59,458 nt of DNA. Source: a virus (Duplodnaviria > Caudoviricetes). The DNA lies in the IMG/VR virus record IMGVR_UViG_3300037246_000768, positions 1 to 59,458 of that record; one strand, written 5' to 3'. The notes below the pieces were generated by a model. It was not told the DNA's origin. It made no database searches and was given only the letters and a program-made list of their open reading frames with translations. The position numbers were made by a program, and so were the translations under genes. Below are positions 36,609 through 46,192 of the stretch, one piece after another. Positions within the stretch are counted from its first letter, which is position 1. Each line of letters begins with the position of its first letter.

Positions 36609-37487
36609 TCAGGTTTTTGGCATTGTCCACGCAAGATCACGACACACCTTGCCGTCGAGCTCGGGCAGATGAATCGGGCGCTCCGGGCTTTTGGGGTTCG
36701 TCCCCTGCTTGAACATGAAGGGTATCCCAACGACTTCGCATTGAATTTGTACCGACTCCACCCATTCCTTTTGCAGCGGCACGGCGTTCTTGCCGGACTG
36801 TGCGCCAAGGATAACGGTGGAGAGGCTATGGATAGCTGGGCCGGTTTGGCAAAGTGTCTGCTCACAGTTTTTTTCACAACCTGGGCAAACCTCTAAGTCA
36901 ATCGGCCCCTGCATCGGCTCCAGCGATACCCACACCTTCCAGCCAGCCGCCGCCAGTTTCGCCATGTGGGGCCAACCGGCGTCAAACTCGGACTGGTTGC
37001 GGGCGGAGAAGCCAAGGTACCAGTCCACATTAGACGGTGCGCCAGAAGGAAAAACTGAATCAATGACCCTCGCCATATTTTCAGGCTGCTTTGTCAAGAG
37101 TATGTACGTGTGATGAAGCGCCTCTAGCATGGCGTCTAACACTTCTGAACGCGCGTGATCTGACAGCCCCGGATCGCACCAATCCCCCATAAAGCACACG
37201 CCGATTACGCAGCGCCCGGTCTTCCTCGAAGGGGCGGCGAGCCTGTCTGCGTGGAGCATAGGCGTGAAGTTTTCGTACGCCCTGATCTTCGCAAACATCT
37301 TTTCGTGGTAGACGTACGCCTCGGTGCCAGACATGTCGTGGCGCTTCTCGTAGTTGTCTTTTTGCACCTGCGTCGCCTTGGCGATGTTCACAGCACGCAT
37401 CCTTGCCCAACACTCCGGGCACCCTTTCGTGCAGCCGGTGACGGGGTTCCAGGTGTGTGACAAGTAGCTGATACCAGTTTTATTCAT
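36609..37487 (-). CDS. Gp37/Gp68 (DUF5131) radical-SAM-like protein
   Basis: TWNPVTGCTKGCPECWA, MGD, LLTKQPE, WVSLEPM, PFMFKQ, ELDG motifs. Confidence 0.88.
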   Translation of the reverse strand: MNKTGISYLSHTWNPVTGCTKGCPECWARMRAVNIAKATQVQKDNYEKRHDMSGTEAYVYHEKMFAKIRAYENFTPMLHADRLAAPSRKTGRCVIGVCFMGDWCDPGLSDHARSEVLDAMLEALHHTYILLTKQPENMARVIDSVFPSGAPSNVDWYLGFSARNQSEFDAGWPHMAKLAAAGWKVWVSLEPMQGPIDLEVCPGCEKNCEQTLCQTGPAIHSLSTVILGAQSGKNAVPLQKEWVESVQIQCEVVGIPFMFKQGTNPKSPERPIHLPELDGKVCRDLAWTMPKT

Positions 37488-37513
37488 TTGCCTTCTCCTT
37501 TAATATCAACAGG

Positions 37514-38923
37514 TTAGAAAGGTTCTTCTTGGTCGTGAATGTCGCGACGGTGAGGGTAGTCGTTGTGCCCTTCTCTTGCCATGCAGAAGACGTTGGTGGC
37601 GGGGCCATCCCAGCCGAGTTTCACTATGCCGTTGTCGCCGGCGCGCTGCTTTTCAATCAACAGCTGAACGACGCCGGCCCACTCCAAGCGGCGCATCCTC
37701 TCGTCGTTTCCTATGCCCTCTTCGTCTGCAGGCCAGTATTTCTCCGGGCGGTACGCAAGCATAACCACATCTGCGTCCTGCTCGATAGCGCCCGACTCAC
37801 GCAAATCTGCCAAGTTGGGCTTCTTGTCCGGTCGGCTCTCGCACTGGCGGTTCAGCTGCTGCAGGCCGAGCACTGGTACGTGTAACTCTTTGGCGAGCCG
37901 CTTACAGCTGCGTGAGATATACGCAACAGCTTCTTCGCGGCTGTTCGTCCTGATACCGGCTTCCATCAGGCTTATGTAGTCAATGATTATCAGCCCGAGG
38001 CCTTCGCGTTTCTTCATCAGCTTCGCGGCCTTGCGTATGCTCGACGGATTGGCGGCCTTATCGAAAACGCGATACCTCAAGCTGGCTACATGGCGACGGC
38101 AGGTGGCCTCCATTGCGGCAAAGCCCTCGTCGGTAATCGGCTTGCGTTGCCTGATGTGCTTGCGGCTGATCTTGGTTTCCTGCGCGATAAAGACCTGCCC
38201 AATGTCTTCCACGTCCATTTCGAGCGTCCAGATACCAACGGGCTCGGTCTTGGCCACATGCCGTGCGATCGCCATAGCGATTGATGTCTTGCCCATACCA
38301 GGGCGACCTGCGAGCACGACAAAATCACCGCCAATGATAGACACTGCGTTGTCGAGGTCGATAAGCCCGGTCGTAATAGGCGGGGGCAGTTCTCCTGCGT
38401 ACGCTGCACGGATGTTCTCAAAGGTCACGCCCATCACCTCGCGGGGCCCGGCGCCGACCAACTCAGGCGCGTTGCTCTCAAACATATCGAGGAAGCGGTT
38501 GCTTAACTCGTCAAGATCCGCGCCGTGCGCGTATGCGTCGCTGGCGATCTCATTGCTTGCGTGTATGATCTTGCGGAGCGCCGCCAGCCGCACTATCTCC
38601 TGTGCGTAGCGAACGGCATTCCCTACGCTTGGAACTTCATTGGTAAGCGTAGATATATAGGCGGCTCCGCCTGCACGGTCGAGGGTGTTGTTGGATTTCA
38701 GGGCGTCAACGAGGGTAATGATGTCAACGGGCACACCCTTGGTGTCCATGTCGCACATCGCCGTGTAAATCTCTTGATGCCCAGTGCGGTAGAACTGATC
38801 TGCCCTGAGACTGATATGCACGAAGACCTCGTTGTTGAGAAGCACAGCGCCCAGCACGGCACGTTCAGCCTCTATGCTGTTGGGTGGCACCCTTTCGATG
38901 TTCGGGTAGTCAGTTAAATCCAC
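37514..38923 (-). CDS. dnaB: Replicative DNA helicase DnaB
   Basis: PPNSIEAERAVLG, AGRPGMGKT, IIDYI, QLNR, DLRESGAIEQDAD. Confidence 0.95.
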   Translation of the reverse strand: MDLTDYPNIERVPPNSIEAERAVLGAVLLNNEVFVHISLRADQFYRTGHQEIYTAMCDMDTKGVPVDIITLVDALKSNNTLDRAGGAAYISTLTNEVPSVGNAVRYAQEIVRLAALRKIIHASNEIASDAYAHGADLDELSNRFLDMFESNAPELVGAGPREVMGVTFENIRAAYAGELPPPITTGLIDLDNAVSIIGGDFVVLAGRPGMGKTSIAMAIARHVAKTEPVGIWTLEMDVEDIGQVFIAQETKISRKHIRQRKPITDEGFAAMEATCRRHVASLRYRVFDKAANPSSIRKAAKLMKKREGLGLIIIDYISLMEAGIRTNSREEAVAYISRSCKRLAKELHVPVLGLQQLNRQCESRPDKKPNLADLRESGAIEQDADVVMLAYRPEKYWPADEEGIGNDERMRRLEWAGVVQLLIEKQRAGDNGIVKLGWDGPATNVFCMAREGHNDYPHRRDIHDQEEPF

Positions 38924-38932
38924 GGTTCACCT

Positions 38933-39703
38933 CTATAATTTTGGCATGCGGCCGTGCTTACCGCCACCAACTGCAGGGGTTAAGTCTTTGTCTTCCCATC
39001 GTCGTGAAGATAACCAGCCCTGCGCCATCTTTGGAGTGCACTCTTCTGGGTCACGGTTGGCGGCCTCAATCTTAGCCGCCTCGTATATCTCGGCGCACAG
39101 CTTGCCAGTCAGGCTTGGAATCTCTCGCCATGAGTCGGCTGCCTCTGCCTTGCCTCTCCTGTACGCAAATGCTTCCCAGAAGATTTCAAAGGTAGTCAAT
39201 CGCTTGCCGGTGAGCTTCTTTTTTTTCTTTGTCATGTAAAAAACTATCGGCACTGCATCGTCAGATGCAGGAAGGGTTTTTTCTTTAGTTGTCTTTACTG
39301 TCTTTGGTGGGGCCGGTTTTCCGGGATAGCTGTGTACCGGTTTTGCGGTACAGTCTGTACCGGTTTTGCGGGACATCCCGTTTTTCCGGGATAGTTCCCA
39401 CCTCTTAAAATTCTTTTGTATTCCAAGTATTTGAGGTGAATGTGTACCGGTTTTCCGGGATAGCAATACATTTCTAAAAACTAAATTCTGGACGGCCTCA
39501 AATATTCTATTTCTGCCGAGCCCAGTCAGTTCAGAAATCACGCTGTAAGCAATGCGATCCTCTTTTTTATTCCACCCGTAGGTCAGCCGCTTGACGGCGT
39601 TATACACCCGCCACTCATTACCGGAGAGCTCAAGTTTACACTCGGCTTCCATGAGCTCGTTGGCGGTGCGTGTGTAGCCGTCTGAGGTTTGGGGGGTGGC
39701 CAT
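38933..39703 (-). CDS. Lambda O-like replication initiator
   Basis: DGYTRTANELMEA..RLTYGWNKKEDRI N-terminal domain; internal iterons; C-terminal FEIFWEAF..WL..RWED. Confidence 0.85.
   Translation of the reverse strand: MATPQTSDGYTRTANELMEAECKLELSGNEWRVYNAVKRLTYGWNKKEDRIAYSVISELTGLGRNRIFEAVQNLVFRNVLLSRKTGTHSPQILGIQKNFKRWELSRKNGMSRKTGTDCTAKPVHSYPGKPAPPKTVKTTKEKTLPASDDAVPIVFYMTKKKKKLTGKRLTTFEIFWEAFAYRRGKAEAADSWREIPSLTGKLCAEIYEAAKIEAANRDPEECTPKMAQGWLSSRRWEDKDLTPAVGGGKHGRMPKL
39313..39463. repeat. Replication-origin iterons
   Basis: Five copies of CCG(G/T)TTTT(C/G)CGG(G/T)A near 39313, 39337, 39360, 39378 and 39447, flanked by AT-rich DNA. Confidence 0.8.
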
Positions 39704-39704
39704 G

Positions 39705-40091
39705 CTAATCTTCCACCTTGTCCAGATCTACCTCAGTGACACTCGCAGGGTTCTTGGGCTTGGGGCCCATGCCCGAGGGCGCACCAATCTCTTCGATGAT
39801 CCAATTCTGGAACCAGCGCTTGCCCCACTTCGTTGTCGCCTGATCGCGCCACGGCCTAGCCGATAGGACTGTGATGGTGGAGCCCTTGACGTAGTGCGTG
39901 GCGATATACTCAGCCAGCCGCCCAAAGGCTACGAAGTTGAACCACTGCTCTACGATGGTGTCCTTGTGCTTGAACCTGTACGGCACAGCGAACTTAGTCA
40001 CCGGTTTATCTTTGTTGTCGCCATAATAAAATAGAGTCGGGCCACGCTCAACCGGCCCCTCCAGCCTAATAAATACTTCCGCATTTGGCAT
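39705..40091 (-). CDS. Divergent SSB/OB-fold protein
   Basis: QWFNFVAFGRLAEYIATHYVKGSTITV resembles the SSB core; lacks the PF tail. Confidence 0.65.
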   Translation of the reverse strand: MPNAEVFIRLEGPVERGPTLFYYGDNKDKPVTKFAVPYRFKHKDTIVEQWFNFVAFGRLAEYIATHYVKGSTITVLSARPWRDQATTKWGKRWFQNWIIEEIGAPSGMGPKPKNPASVTEVDLDKVED

Positions 40092-40184
40092 GCTTAACCT
40101 CCCGCAAGGCGTGCGCGTGCGTTTAAATAATCGCTTTAGTCAGTATCCGGGCAGTTTTGTGTCAATGCCCAGGACTGCGGGAGT

Positions 40185-41138
40185 CTAGGCTTTTTTATTG
40201 AACAGGTCGCCGGGTTCTGGCTCTTCGGAGGGACTGCGTGCGTCTCCGCTGACAGGGGCCGGAGTCTCCTTCCTTGGCTTCTCTTCCTGCTTCGGCGCCT
40301 CGTCCACGATCTCGCCGTCGTCGGTGACGGTGACCCGCTCATGCTCCAGGTCGATCACCTTTACCTCAAGGGTGGCGGGGTCGATGTTCGTGACGTTGCC
40401 CTCGACCTCTGCAACGCGCGCTGCATCTTCGATGGAGACGGGGAGCCAGGGGAAGGCCGCGCGCACGACTGTTTTCAGCACCATGGCCTCGTAGTCGGTC
40501 TTCCAGGGGCCGTTGTCCTTGGCCATGCTGCGCTTGCGGCGCTTTTCGATGTCGCAGATAGGCATGGCGTGAACCTTGATGCCGCCGGTGAGGTATTTTG
40601 CGTAGACGTACGCACCGATGATCTTTCCGGGCTCTGTCTGCGCGCTGTCCTTGCGTAGCCAATAGGGGGTGTGGTTAAAGACCTCCCCGGTGTTGTCGCG
40701 GAAGAGATCGAACAGATCGTTCTCGTGGATGATCGCCGCCGTCGGTGTGCCCTCAACCTGGCCGCTACGCTTCACGAGGTCTAGCATGCCCTTGTAGCCG
40801 AGGATAAACTGAACCTCCTTGCACTGGGCCTTGCGGTTGTTGAAGGGCACGAGATAGGCGTGGCCGAGCAGCCCCGGCTCTACGCCGAGCGTGGCGCACT
40901 GCATAAGGGCACCAAAGAAGCTGCCAGGGGTGCAGTCGGCGAGCGCGGGGTTGCGCCGCACTTCCGTAAGGGCGATGCGTGCGAGGCGGTCTGCGCTCAT
41001 GCTGGCCGGCATGGCGCGTGCGAACTCGGGGATCATGGCCTTTAGCTGGCTGCCCAAGGTGGGGGCCTGAACTGCTACGTCGCGCGAGGCGGTTGCGGCG
41101 ACTCTCTCTGATACGGGGGTGGATTTTCTCTTAGCCAT
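40185..41138 (-). CDS. recT: RecT single-strand annealing protein
   Basis: LGHAYLVPF, QFILGYKGMLDLVKRSG, PWKTDYEAMVLKTVVR..LPVSIE. Confidence 0.92.
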   Translation of the reverse strand: MAKRKSTPVSERVAATASRDVAVQAPTLGSQLKAMIPEFARAMPASMSADRLARIALTEVRRNPALADCTPGSFFGALMQCATLGVEPGLLGHAYLVPFNNRKAQCKEVQFILGYKGMLDLVKRSGQVEGTPTAAIIHENDLFDLFRDNTGEVFNHTPYWLRKDSAQTEPGKIIGAYVYAKYLTGGIKVHAMPICDIEKRRKRSMAKDNGPWKTDYEAMVLKTVVRAAFPWLPVSIEDAARVAEVEGNVTNIDPATLEVKVIDLEHERVTVTDDGEIVDEAPKQEEKPRKETPAPVSGDARSPSEEPEPGDLFNKKA

Positions 41139-41371
41139 TATGAATCTCCTTCTTCTGCGTAGCACTGCGGCGGGCTGGGGTCGATGCCCATGCGGTACTG
41201 ATAGGTAGCACAGAGGGTGTCGGGGCAGTCTGCGACCGCGACATCATCAGGCTTGGCGCAAGGGGCATGCTTCGGACGGTTGCCGTCTTTGTTTTCGCAA
41301 AAAGCGTTGATAGCTTCGAGGTGCTTTACGGAATCGAGACAGTCAGGACAACTGCATATTACTTTAACCAT
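41138..41371 (-). CDS. Small Cys-rich protein
   Basis: 77-aa ORF between YqaJ and RecT. Confidence 0.45.
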   Translation of the reverse strand: MVKVICSCPDCLDSVKHLEAINAFCENKDGNRPKHAPCAKPDDVAVADCPDTLCATYQYRMGIDPSPPQCYAEEGDS

Positions 41372-41372
41372 T

Positions 41373-42350
41373 TTACTTTAGCTCCTTCACCGTGAAGCGG
41401 CGATATGAGGATTCTTTGAGGTATTCTGCGTGTAGATCGGGATGGTCTGCGGCAAAGCGTTTTGCGTCGAACCTGTTTGCCGTGATGTTCGACCAGGAGA
41501 GGTTGAAGCCGGGGCATGTCGCCTTCCCAGCGTCCTCCATGAGCAGCTTGAGCTCGTTGCCAAGGCGCTTTTCTTCAAGCTCGGCGGCCTTGGTAACTGC
41601 TTTCGCATCCAAGAACGCAGCAGCTTTTAAATCACCGCCAGCGGGAAGCTCGATCGTCGGGCCCATGTCGTCAGCCGTTGGGTATAGGTGCTTGAGCACG
41701 TCGTCAGACGCTTGGCTGCCGTCAATGGCCGGGGGGGTGCGCTCGGTGACTTTATGCCAGAACTGCTCGCCGATGGTGAAGAGGTTGTTGTGCAGGTCGG
41801 GATCTGCGTCAGCGACCCGGTCGGCCATAGCTAAGCCGCCGAAGCCGCCGAGTAGCGCGCCGTAAAAGATCTTCGGCATGCCGGTGACGGCAAGATACCA
41901 CTGCCCCTGCAGGTAGTAGTCGTCGGGGATCGCATCGTCCTGCCAGTCGGTCTTCATGCCAGCGGTCTTGCCTTCGTAAATGCCGACGACCTTATTGGTG
42001 ACGCGGTCGATCACAACGCGGTCGATGTTCGCCATCGCCCAAGGATAGTCGGGGTGACGCAGGATAGCGTTGACCCGCTCCAGCTTATACTCCGGGTTGC
42101 GCTCCATCCACAGCTGCGCCACGAAGTCTTCAATGGCGGTGCCTATGGCTGCGGCCTCTGACTGCTCGCCATTGTCGTGAAGGGGGTCGATCTTGGAGAG
42201 GTAGACCTTGAGCGGGTTTCCCCACTTGGAGACGCCTGAAATCTGCGCCACGTCGGAGCCGCCGATACCTGCGGAGCGGAGCACCAGCCATTCTTCACGG
42301 CTGACTCCGGCGAGCTTTGCGTGGATTATCGAGTGGCCGACTTTACGCAC
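41373..42350 (-). CDS. YqaJ-like (lambda Exo family) exonuclease
   Basis: GIGGSD, ANIDR, EGKT, YYLQGQWYLAVTG motifs; probable GTG start 42350. Confidence 0.9.
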   Translation of the reverse strand: MRKVGHSIIHAKLAGVSREEWLVLRSAGIGGSDVAQISGVSKWGNPLKVYLSKIDPLHDNGEQSEAAAIGTAIEDFVAQLWMERNPEYKLERVNAILRHPDYPWAMANIDRVVIDRVTNKVVGIYEGKTAGMKTDWQDDAIPDDYYLQGQWYLAVTGMPKIFYGALLGGFGGLAMADRVADADPDLHNNLFTIGEQFWHKVTERTPPAIDGSQASDDVLKHLYPTADDMGPTIELPAGGDLKAAAFLDAKAVTKAAELEEKRLGNELKLLMEDAGKATCPGFNLSWSNITANRFDAKRFAADHPDLHAEYLKESSYRRFTVKELK

Positions 42351-42540
42351 TGGGCACCTGGCCTTTCTTGTAATACGCAACCAACGCACGGCGCACAATC
42401 TCGGGGGGTGTCAGCGGGAGCCCTTGGGTGGTCGACTTCTTAATGTCGGCCTCCATCTTGTCCCAAAGGGCGTTCGGGATGAACACTACCTTACGCAGCA
42501 TCTTCGCCGGCTTGACGTAAGGTGCTTTTTTCTTTGCCAT
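42343..42540 (-). CDS. Possible RHH/Arc-like regulator
   Basis: RKVVFIPNALWDKM..EIVRRAL; first gene of the replication operon, GAGGAG RBS. Confidence 0.5.
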   Translation of the reverse strand: MAKKKAPYVKPAKMLRKVVFIPNALWDKMEADIKKSTTQGLPLTPPEIVRRALVAYYKKGQVPSA

Positions 42541-42754
42541 TTTTGTCTCCTCTGGCTGGTGGTAAGCGGGGAACAACTTTATTGCAACGTCGAAGATTAG
42601 AAAATACACCCGGAGCGGTCAGCCGTCAACATCTAAATATGGTGTAGGCGCTGACGCTCATGTGCCATATAAAGGGGTTGACTATTTTATCGTGCGGTGG
42701 TCTATTAGTGGTAATGTGATTACAATGACAAATAGCGAGAGCGAAGGAGTCACG

Positions 42755-43216
42755 ATGAGCCAGCCAACAGAACTGAAACCGTGCCCGTTTTGCGGGGGCG
42801 AGGCAACCACCAACGAGCGGCATAAAGACCTACAAGGGAAGTATTATCTGGTCGGATGCCGGGACTGTAACCTTGATATGTTCACGCCGGAAGATTGGAA
42901 CACACGCCACCTCGACACCATACAGCCGCCCGACGCTGCGCTGGTGGAGGCGCTGGAGTTCTACGCCGAGCAAGAAAGCTATGTCATAAGCTGCGGTGAT
43001 ATACCTATAATATTTGATGGAGGAATCAAGGCCCGTGAAGCCCTCGCCCAGCACCGGGAGGGCAAGCAGTGGAGCGACGATGGCCCCGTATCGTATGAGT
43101 ATATTGAAAGCCCATCACTCGATTTCGAGGCGGTCACCGACACCATAAGCAGGGCTATATGGCTATTCCACAAAGGCCAGTGGTACGGCCCCATCACTCC
43201 CCCGGGAGGTAAGTAG
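42755..43216 (+). CDS. Lar-like (restriction alleviation) Zn-finger fusion protein
   Basis: ELKPCPFCGGEA..CRDC..WNTR; AAGGAG RBS. Confidence 0.7.
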   Translation: MSQPTELKPCPFCGGEATTNERHKDLQGKYYLVGCRDCNLDMFTPEDWNTRHLDTIQPPDAALVEALEFYAEQESYVISCGDIPIIFDGGIKAREALAQHREGKQWSDDGPVSYEYIESPSLDFEAVTDTISRAIWLFHKGQWYGPITPPGGK

Positions 43217-43217
43217 A

Positions 43218-43316
43218 ATGAGCAAATGGTTAGGCGGATTTATTGCCGGATTCCTACTAGGGTGGGCGTTCGATCACTGGATGCACTTTCAACTTCCACC
43301 TTGGACAATGCCGTAG
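43218..43316 (+). CDS. Small membrane peptide (32 aa)
   Basis: MSKWLGGFIAGFLLGWAFDHW..; GGAGG RBS. Confidence 0.45.
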   Translation: MSKWLGGFIAGFLLGWAFDHWMHFQLPPWTMP

Positions 43317-43329
43317 GAGGTAAGTAGAA

Positions 43330-43527
43330 ATGATCCCAATAAAAGGTGGCATCGCTGACAAACTAGGCGTCAAATTCTCAGGCAATTCCGATGTACAGGA
43401 GTTAGAAGACAGGGAAGCAGCGCGGAAGCATGGTCGGGCATTCCCAGCGGATTTTGCACAGGTAACTATTGACCCCGCAAAATACTGTGATAAATCGCTA
43501 TCAGGCGAGAAGGATGGTGACAAATGA
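43330..43527 (+). CDS. Hypothetical protein
   Basis: 65 aa, AGGAGG RBS. Confidence 0.5.
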   Translation: MIPIKGGIADKLGVKFSGNSDVQELEDREAARKHGRAFPADFAQVTIDPAKYCDKSLSGEKDGDK

Positions 43528-43904
43528 CCGACGACGCGAAACTCCTTGAGGCGATGGCGGAGGCAATTGCAGACAAGGAATGGTACAAGGGGTGGTGGGA
43601 CAGTGCTGGCAGTGAGGCTACCAACAGGAAGGGCACCTACAGAAAGTACGCACAAGCCGCCCTAACCGCCTACCACTCCCACGCCAGCGTCAAGCGTGAA
43701 GAGGCTGGGATGGTGGAGGTGCCAAAGAATGAATACCAGCAGCTTCTTTTCGAGGTGGCAGTAGAAAGGTGTCGCGCGGAACCAACAAGCGACCAAAGCG
43801 CAGATTGTGTGCATAGGGATTGCAGAGATTATTGCGCGGGCTACTTGCTACTCAAATTAAATGAACCGCTCCAAGCCGCACAAGGCGGGAAAGGTGGAAG
43901 CTAA
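43524..43904 (+). CDS. Hypothetical protein
   Basis: 126 aa, ATGA coupled. Confidence 0.5.
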   Translation: MTDDAKLLEAMAEAIADKEWYKGWWDSAGSEATNRKGTYRKYAQAALTAYHSHASVKREEAGMVEVPKNEYQQLLFEVAVERCRAEPTSDQSADCVHRDCRDYCAGYLLLKLNEPLQAAQGGKGGS

Positions 43905-44353
43905 TGTATTGCGTATATGAGCACGGAAAAGACGAACATGGTGGCTATCACGTATCCCCTTGCGGCGAGGGTTGGTGTGATACTTTTAAGAAGGCCGCAA
44001 GTTTAGCCGAGGCGTGGAATGGTGCCCCGACAGAAGAGGGGTGGGAGTGGATGCGCTACTACCCAATATGGGTGCATACCCGCACGGACAAGCTCACGGA
44101 CAAAATAGGCGACCTCACCACCGCCCTTGCCACCAAGACCGCCGAGTTGATGGAGTGTGAACTAGCGTTAAAGAGAATGACTACCAGCCGCGACTGGAAT
44201 TTTGCGGCCAACAAAAGAAGGAAGGCGCGCGCCGACAAAGCAAAGGCCCGGATCGCTGAGGTGGAAGATGAAAATTCAAGGTTGAAATCATGGATTAAGA
44301 AATATGTGAAAAGCGGCGAAGAGGCCATAATATCGCTAGGGCTAAAGCCATAG
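43904..44353 (+). CDS. Hypothetical protein with coiled coil
   Basis: 149 aa, TAATG coupled. Confidence 0.5.
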   Translation: MYCVYEHGKDEHGGYHVSPCGEGWCDTFKKAASLAEAWNGAPTEEGWEWMRYYPIWVHTRTDKLTDKIGDLTTALATKTAELMECELALKRMTTSRDWNFAANKRRKARADKAKARIAEVEDENSRLKSWIKKYVKSGEEAIISLGLKP

Positions 44354-44454
44354 CGAAGGGAGCTTAGGATGAGACATTGGAACTGGCCGCTAATCGGAGT
44401 CTTGGTTCTCCTCTTCGCCTTCTGGGGCGCGGTTGTGAGCAAGGTGTTCTTCTA

Positions 44455-45603
44455 GTGGCCGTCTTCCGCCGACGCATCTGCACCAGCTGCAAAACGCAAG
44501 CCCGAGACACCAAGCTCTTGAAGCCGCTGCCTCGCTGTGCGTGCGGTGCGTCCATGGCCTACACCCCCAAATGGTACGTGAGCGTGCGTGTGGCGACGCC
44601 TGGGGGGCGTAAGCTGGTAACCAGGGCCGTTTCCCCACACAAGGCAGAAGCGATCGCAGAAGAGCGCCGCCTGCTCTGTGAGCGAGATCAAGGAGCGGTG
44701 GTTCGCACCGGCGTCAAGACGGACTTCGCATCGGCAGCTGCCGCATTTCTCCGGTGGGTGGATACGCAGGAGCAGCAAGGGCGGTTAAGCAGTGACACGA
44801 TACGCCCTTATCGCTACCGATTAAAGGGGCACTTAGCGCCCTTCTTCGCCGGCCACGACATCAAGCATATCGACTACGACGCAGCCGACTCCTACGTCTA
44901 TAAAAGGCAGGAGGATGGAGCCGCCCCAGCCACTATCAACCGTGAGCTCGCCACGCTAAAGAAGCTGCTCGCGGTTTGCGTACAAAAAAAGATCATTACA
45001 CAGCACGCCCTGGCCGGCTACTCCCTGCTGCCCGAAGACAACGAGAGCGACCGGTATCTATCCGAGGGTGAGATCTTAGAGCTCCTGGGCGAGTGCTGCG
45101 AGCCACAGTACCCCGAGCACCTACACCCCATCGTTTTGCTCGCCCTGACCACGGGGCTGCGCCGTGCGGGGTGTCTGTCGCTCAAGTGGGAGGAGATCGA
45201 CTGGAAGAAGCGGGAGATCGTCAAGCGCGTGAAAGGCAAGAAGCTCGTACGCATCCCCATGAACGCCACGCTACGCATGGAGCTCGCCGAGTGGAAGGTG
45301 CGCGGCAAGATTATACGCACGCACGGGCCCGTCTTCCCCTCGCCGGTCACAGGGCAGCCGATGCTGGTGACAAGCCAGTTCGGGTTTGAGACAGCGTGCA
45401 AGGCGGTTGGGCTGGGCGACATCACGTTTCATTGCCTACGCCACACCTTCGCTACGCATTTCCTTGAGCAGCACCCGGATCAGATCGAGACGCTACGGGA
45501 TTTGATGGGGCACTCGGGGGCGTACATGACGAGGCGATATTCCCACATCACAGATCGGTCGCGGCATGCGGCTATGGAATCTTTTAAGATTGGAGAAGCA
45601 TGA
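44455..45603 (+). CDS. int: Tyrosine recombinase/integrase with N-terminal Cys motif
   Basis: PATINRELATLK, TGLRR, FHCLRHTFAT, MGHS, RRY catalytic set; probable GTG start 44455 coupled to a 28-aa membrane peptide (44369-44455). Confidence 0.92.
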   Translation: MAVFRRRICTSCKTQARDTKLLKPLPRCACGASMAYTPKWYVSVRVATPGGRKLVTRAVSPHKAEAIAEERRLLCERDQGAVVRTGVKTDFASAAAAFLRWVDTQEQQGRLSSDTIRPYRYRLKGHLAPFFAGHDIKHIDYDAADSYVYKRQEDGAAPATINRELATLKKLLAVCVQKKIITQHALAGYSLLPEDNESDRYLSEGEILELLGECCEPQYPEHLHPIVLLALTTGLRRAGCLSLKWEEIDWKKREIVKRVKGKKLVRIPMNATLRMELAEWKVRGKIIRTHGPVFPSPVTGQPMLVTSQFGFETACKAVGLGDITFHCLRHTFATHFLEQHPDQIETLRDLMGHSGAYMTRRYSHITDRSRHAAMESFKIGEA

Positions 45604-45806
45604 TGGACATAAAAGTTGCTGCGGTTGATGGGTCAAAGACCGGCTCTGTTCTCGTCTGCGACCACTGCGACACCCAGACAAGCATGCAAGTGGTCATAAT
45701 AATGCTCGGGCTATTGACTATAAGGGTTTGCCCTAGTCACGCCAAAGAACTGGCGAGCGCGATTGAGTCGGCGATGGCGGCCTTTGAGATTGGAGATCAG
45801 GGATGA
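45600..45806 (+). CDS. Small Zn-binding hypothetical protein
   Basis: CDHC..CPSH; coupled to the integrase stop. Confidence 0.5.
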   Translation: MMDIKVAAVDGSKTGSVLVCDHCDTQTSMQVVIIMLGLLTIRVCPSHAKELASAIESAMAAFEIGDQG

Positions 45807-45991
45807 CCAACGAAGAGCATATCGAAAGACACAAGAAATTGCACAAGAACTTAGACGAACTCATGGCTGACTTTATTTCCAACACCGATAAAATGCCGAG
45901 CCAGACGACGGTGATGGAACTGATCGAGTGGTCGCACAAGCAGACGGTGGAGCCTGACCATGAGGAGCCTAGCTCCGGGGATGGAGGGTAG
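45803..45991 (+). CDS. Conserved small phage protein
   Basis: EHIERHKKLHKNLDELMADFI..ELIEWS; coupled. Confidence 0.55.
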   Translation: MTNEEHIERHKKLHKNLDELMADFISNTDKMPSQTTVMELIEWSHKQTVEPDHEEPSSGDGG

Positions 45992-45995
45992 AAGG

Positions 45996-46187
45996 ATGAC
46001 CGACTTATTGCCGTGTCCGTTTTGCGGGAGTATTTGCAAGCTAAAAAGACGGACTGATATTTTTGTAAGCTGCCCCAACGGTTGCACCAGTGGCACTTTC
46101 ATCCACAAGGATACGTGGAACAAGCGCTCTCTCATAGCCATGCAAGCCGCGCTCAAGGCGAGGGGTATGAGGGTGGTGCCGCTTTAG
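45996..46187 (+). CDS. Second Lar-like Zn-finger protein
   Basis: LLPCPFCG..C..GC..WNKR. Confidence 0.6.
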   Translation: MTDLLPCPFCGSICKLKRRTDIFVSCPNGCTSGTFIHKDTWNKRSLIAMQAALKARGMRVVPL

Positions 46188-46192
46188 CCGGG

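Noticed and set aside
42678-42723. Rightward promoter TTGACT with palindrome GTAAT-GTG-ATTAC
   Set aside because: No convincing -10 at 16-18 bp spacing; position is plausible but support is too weak to list
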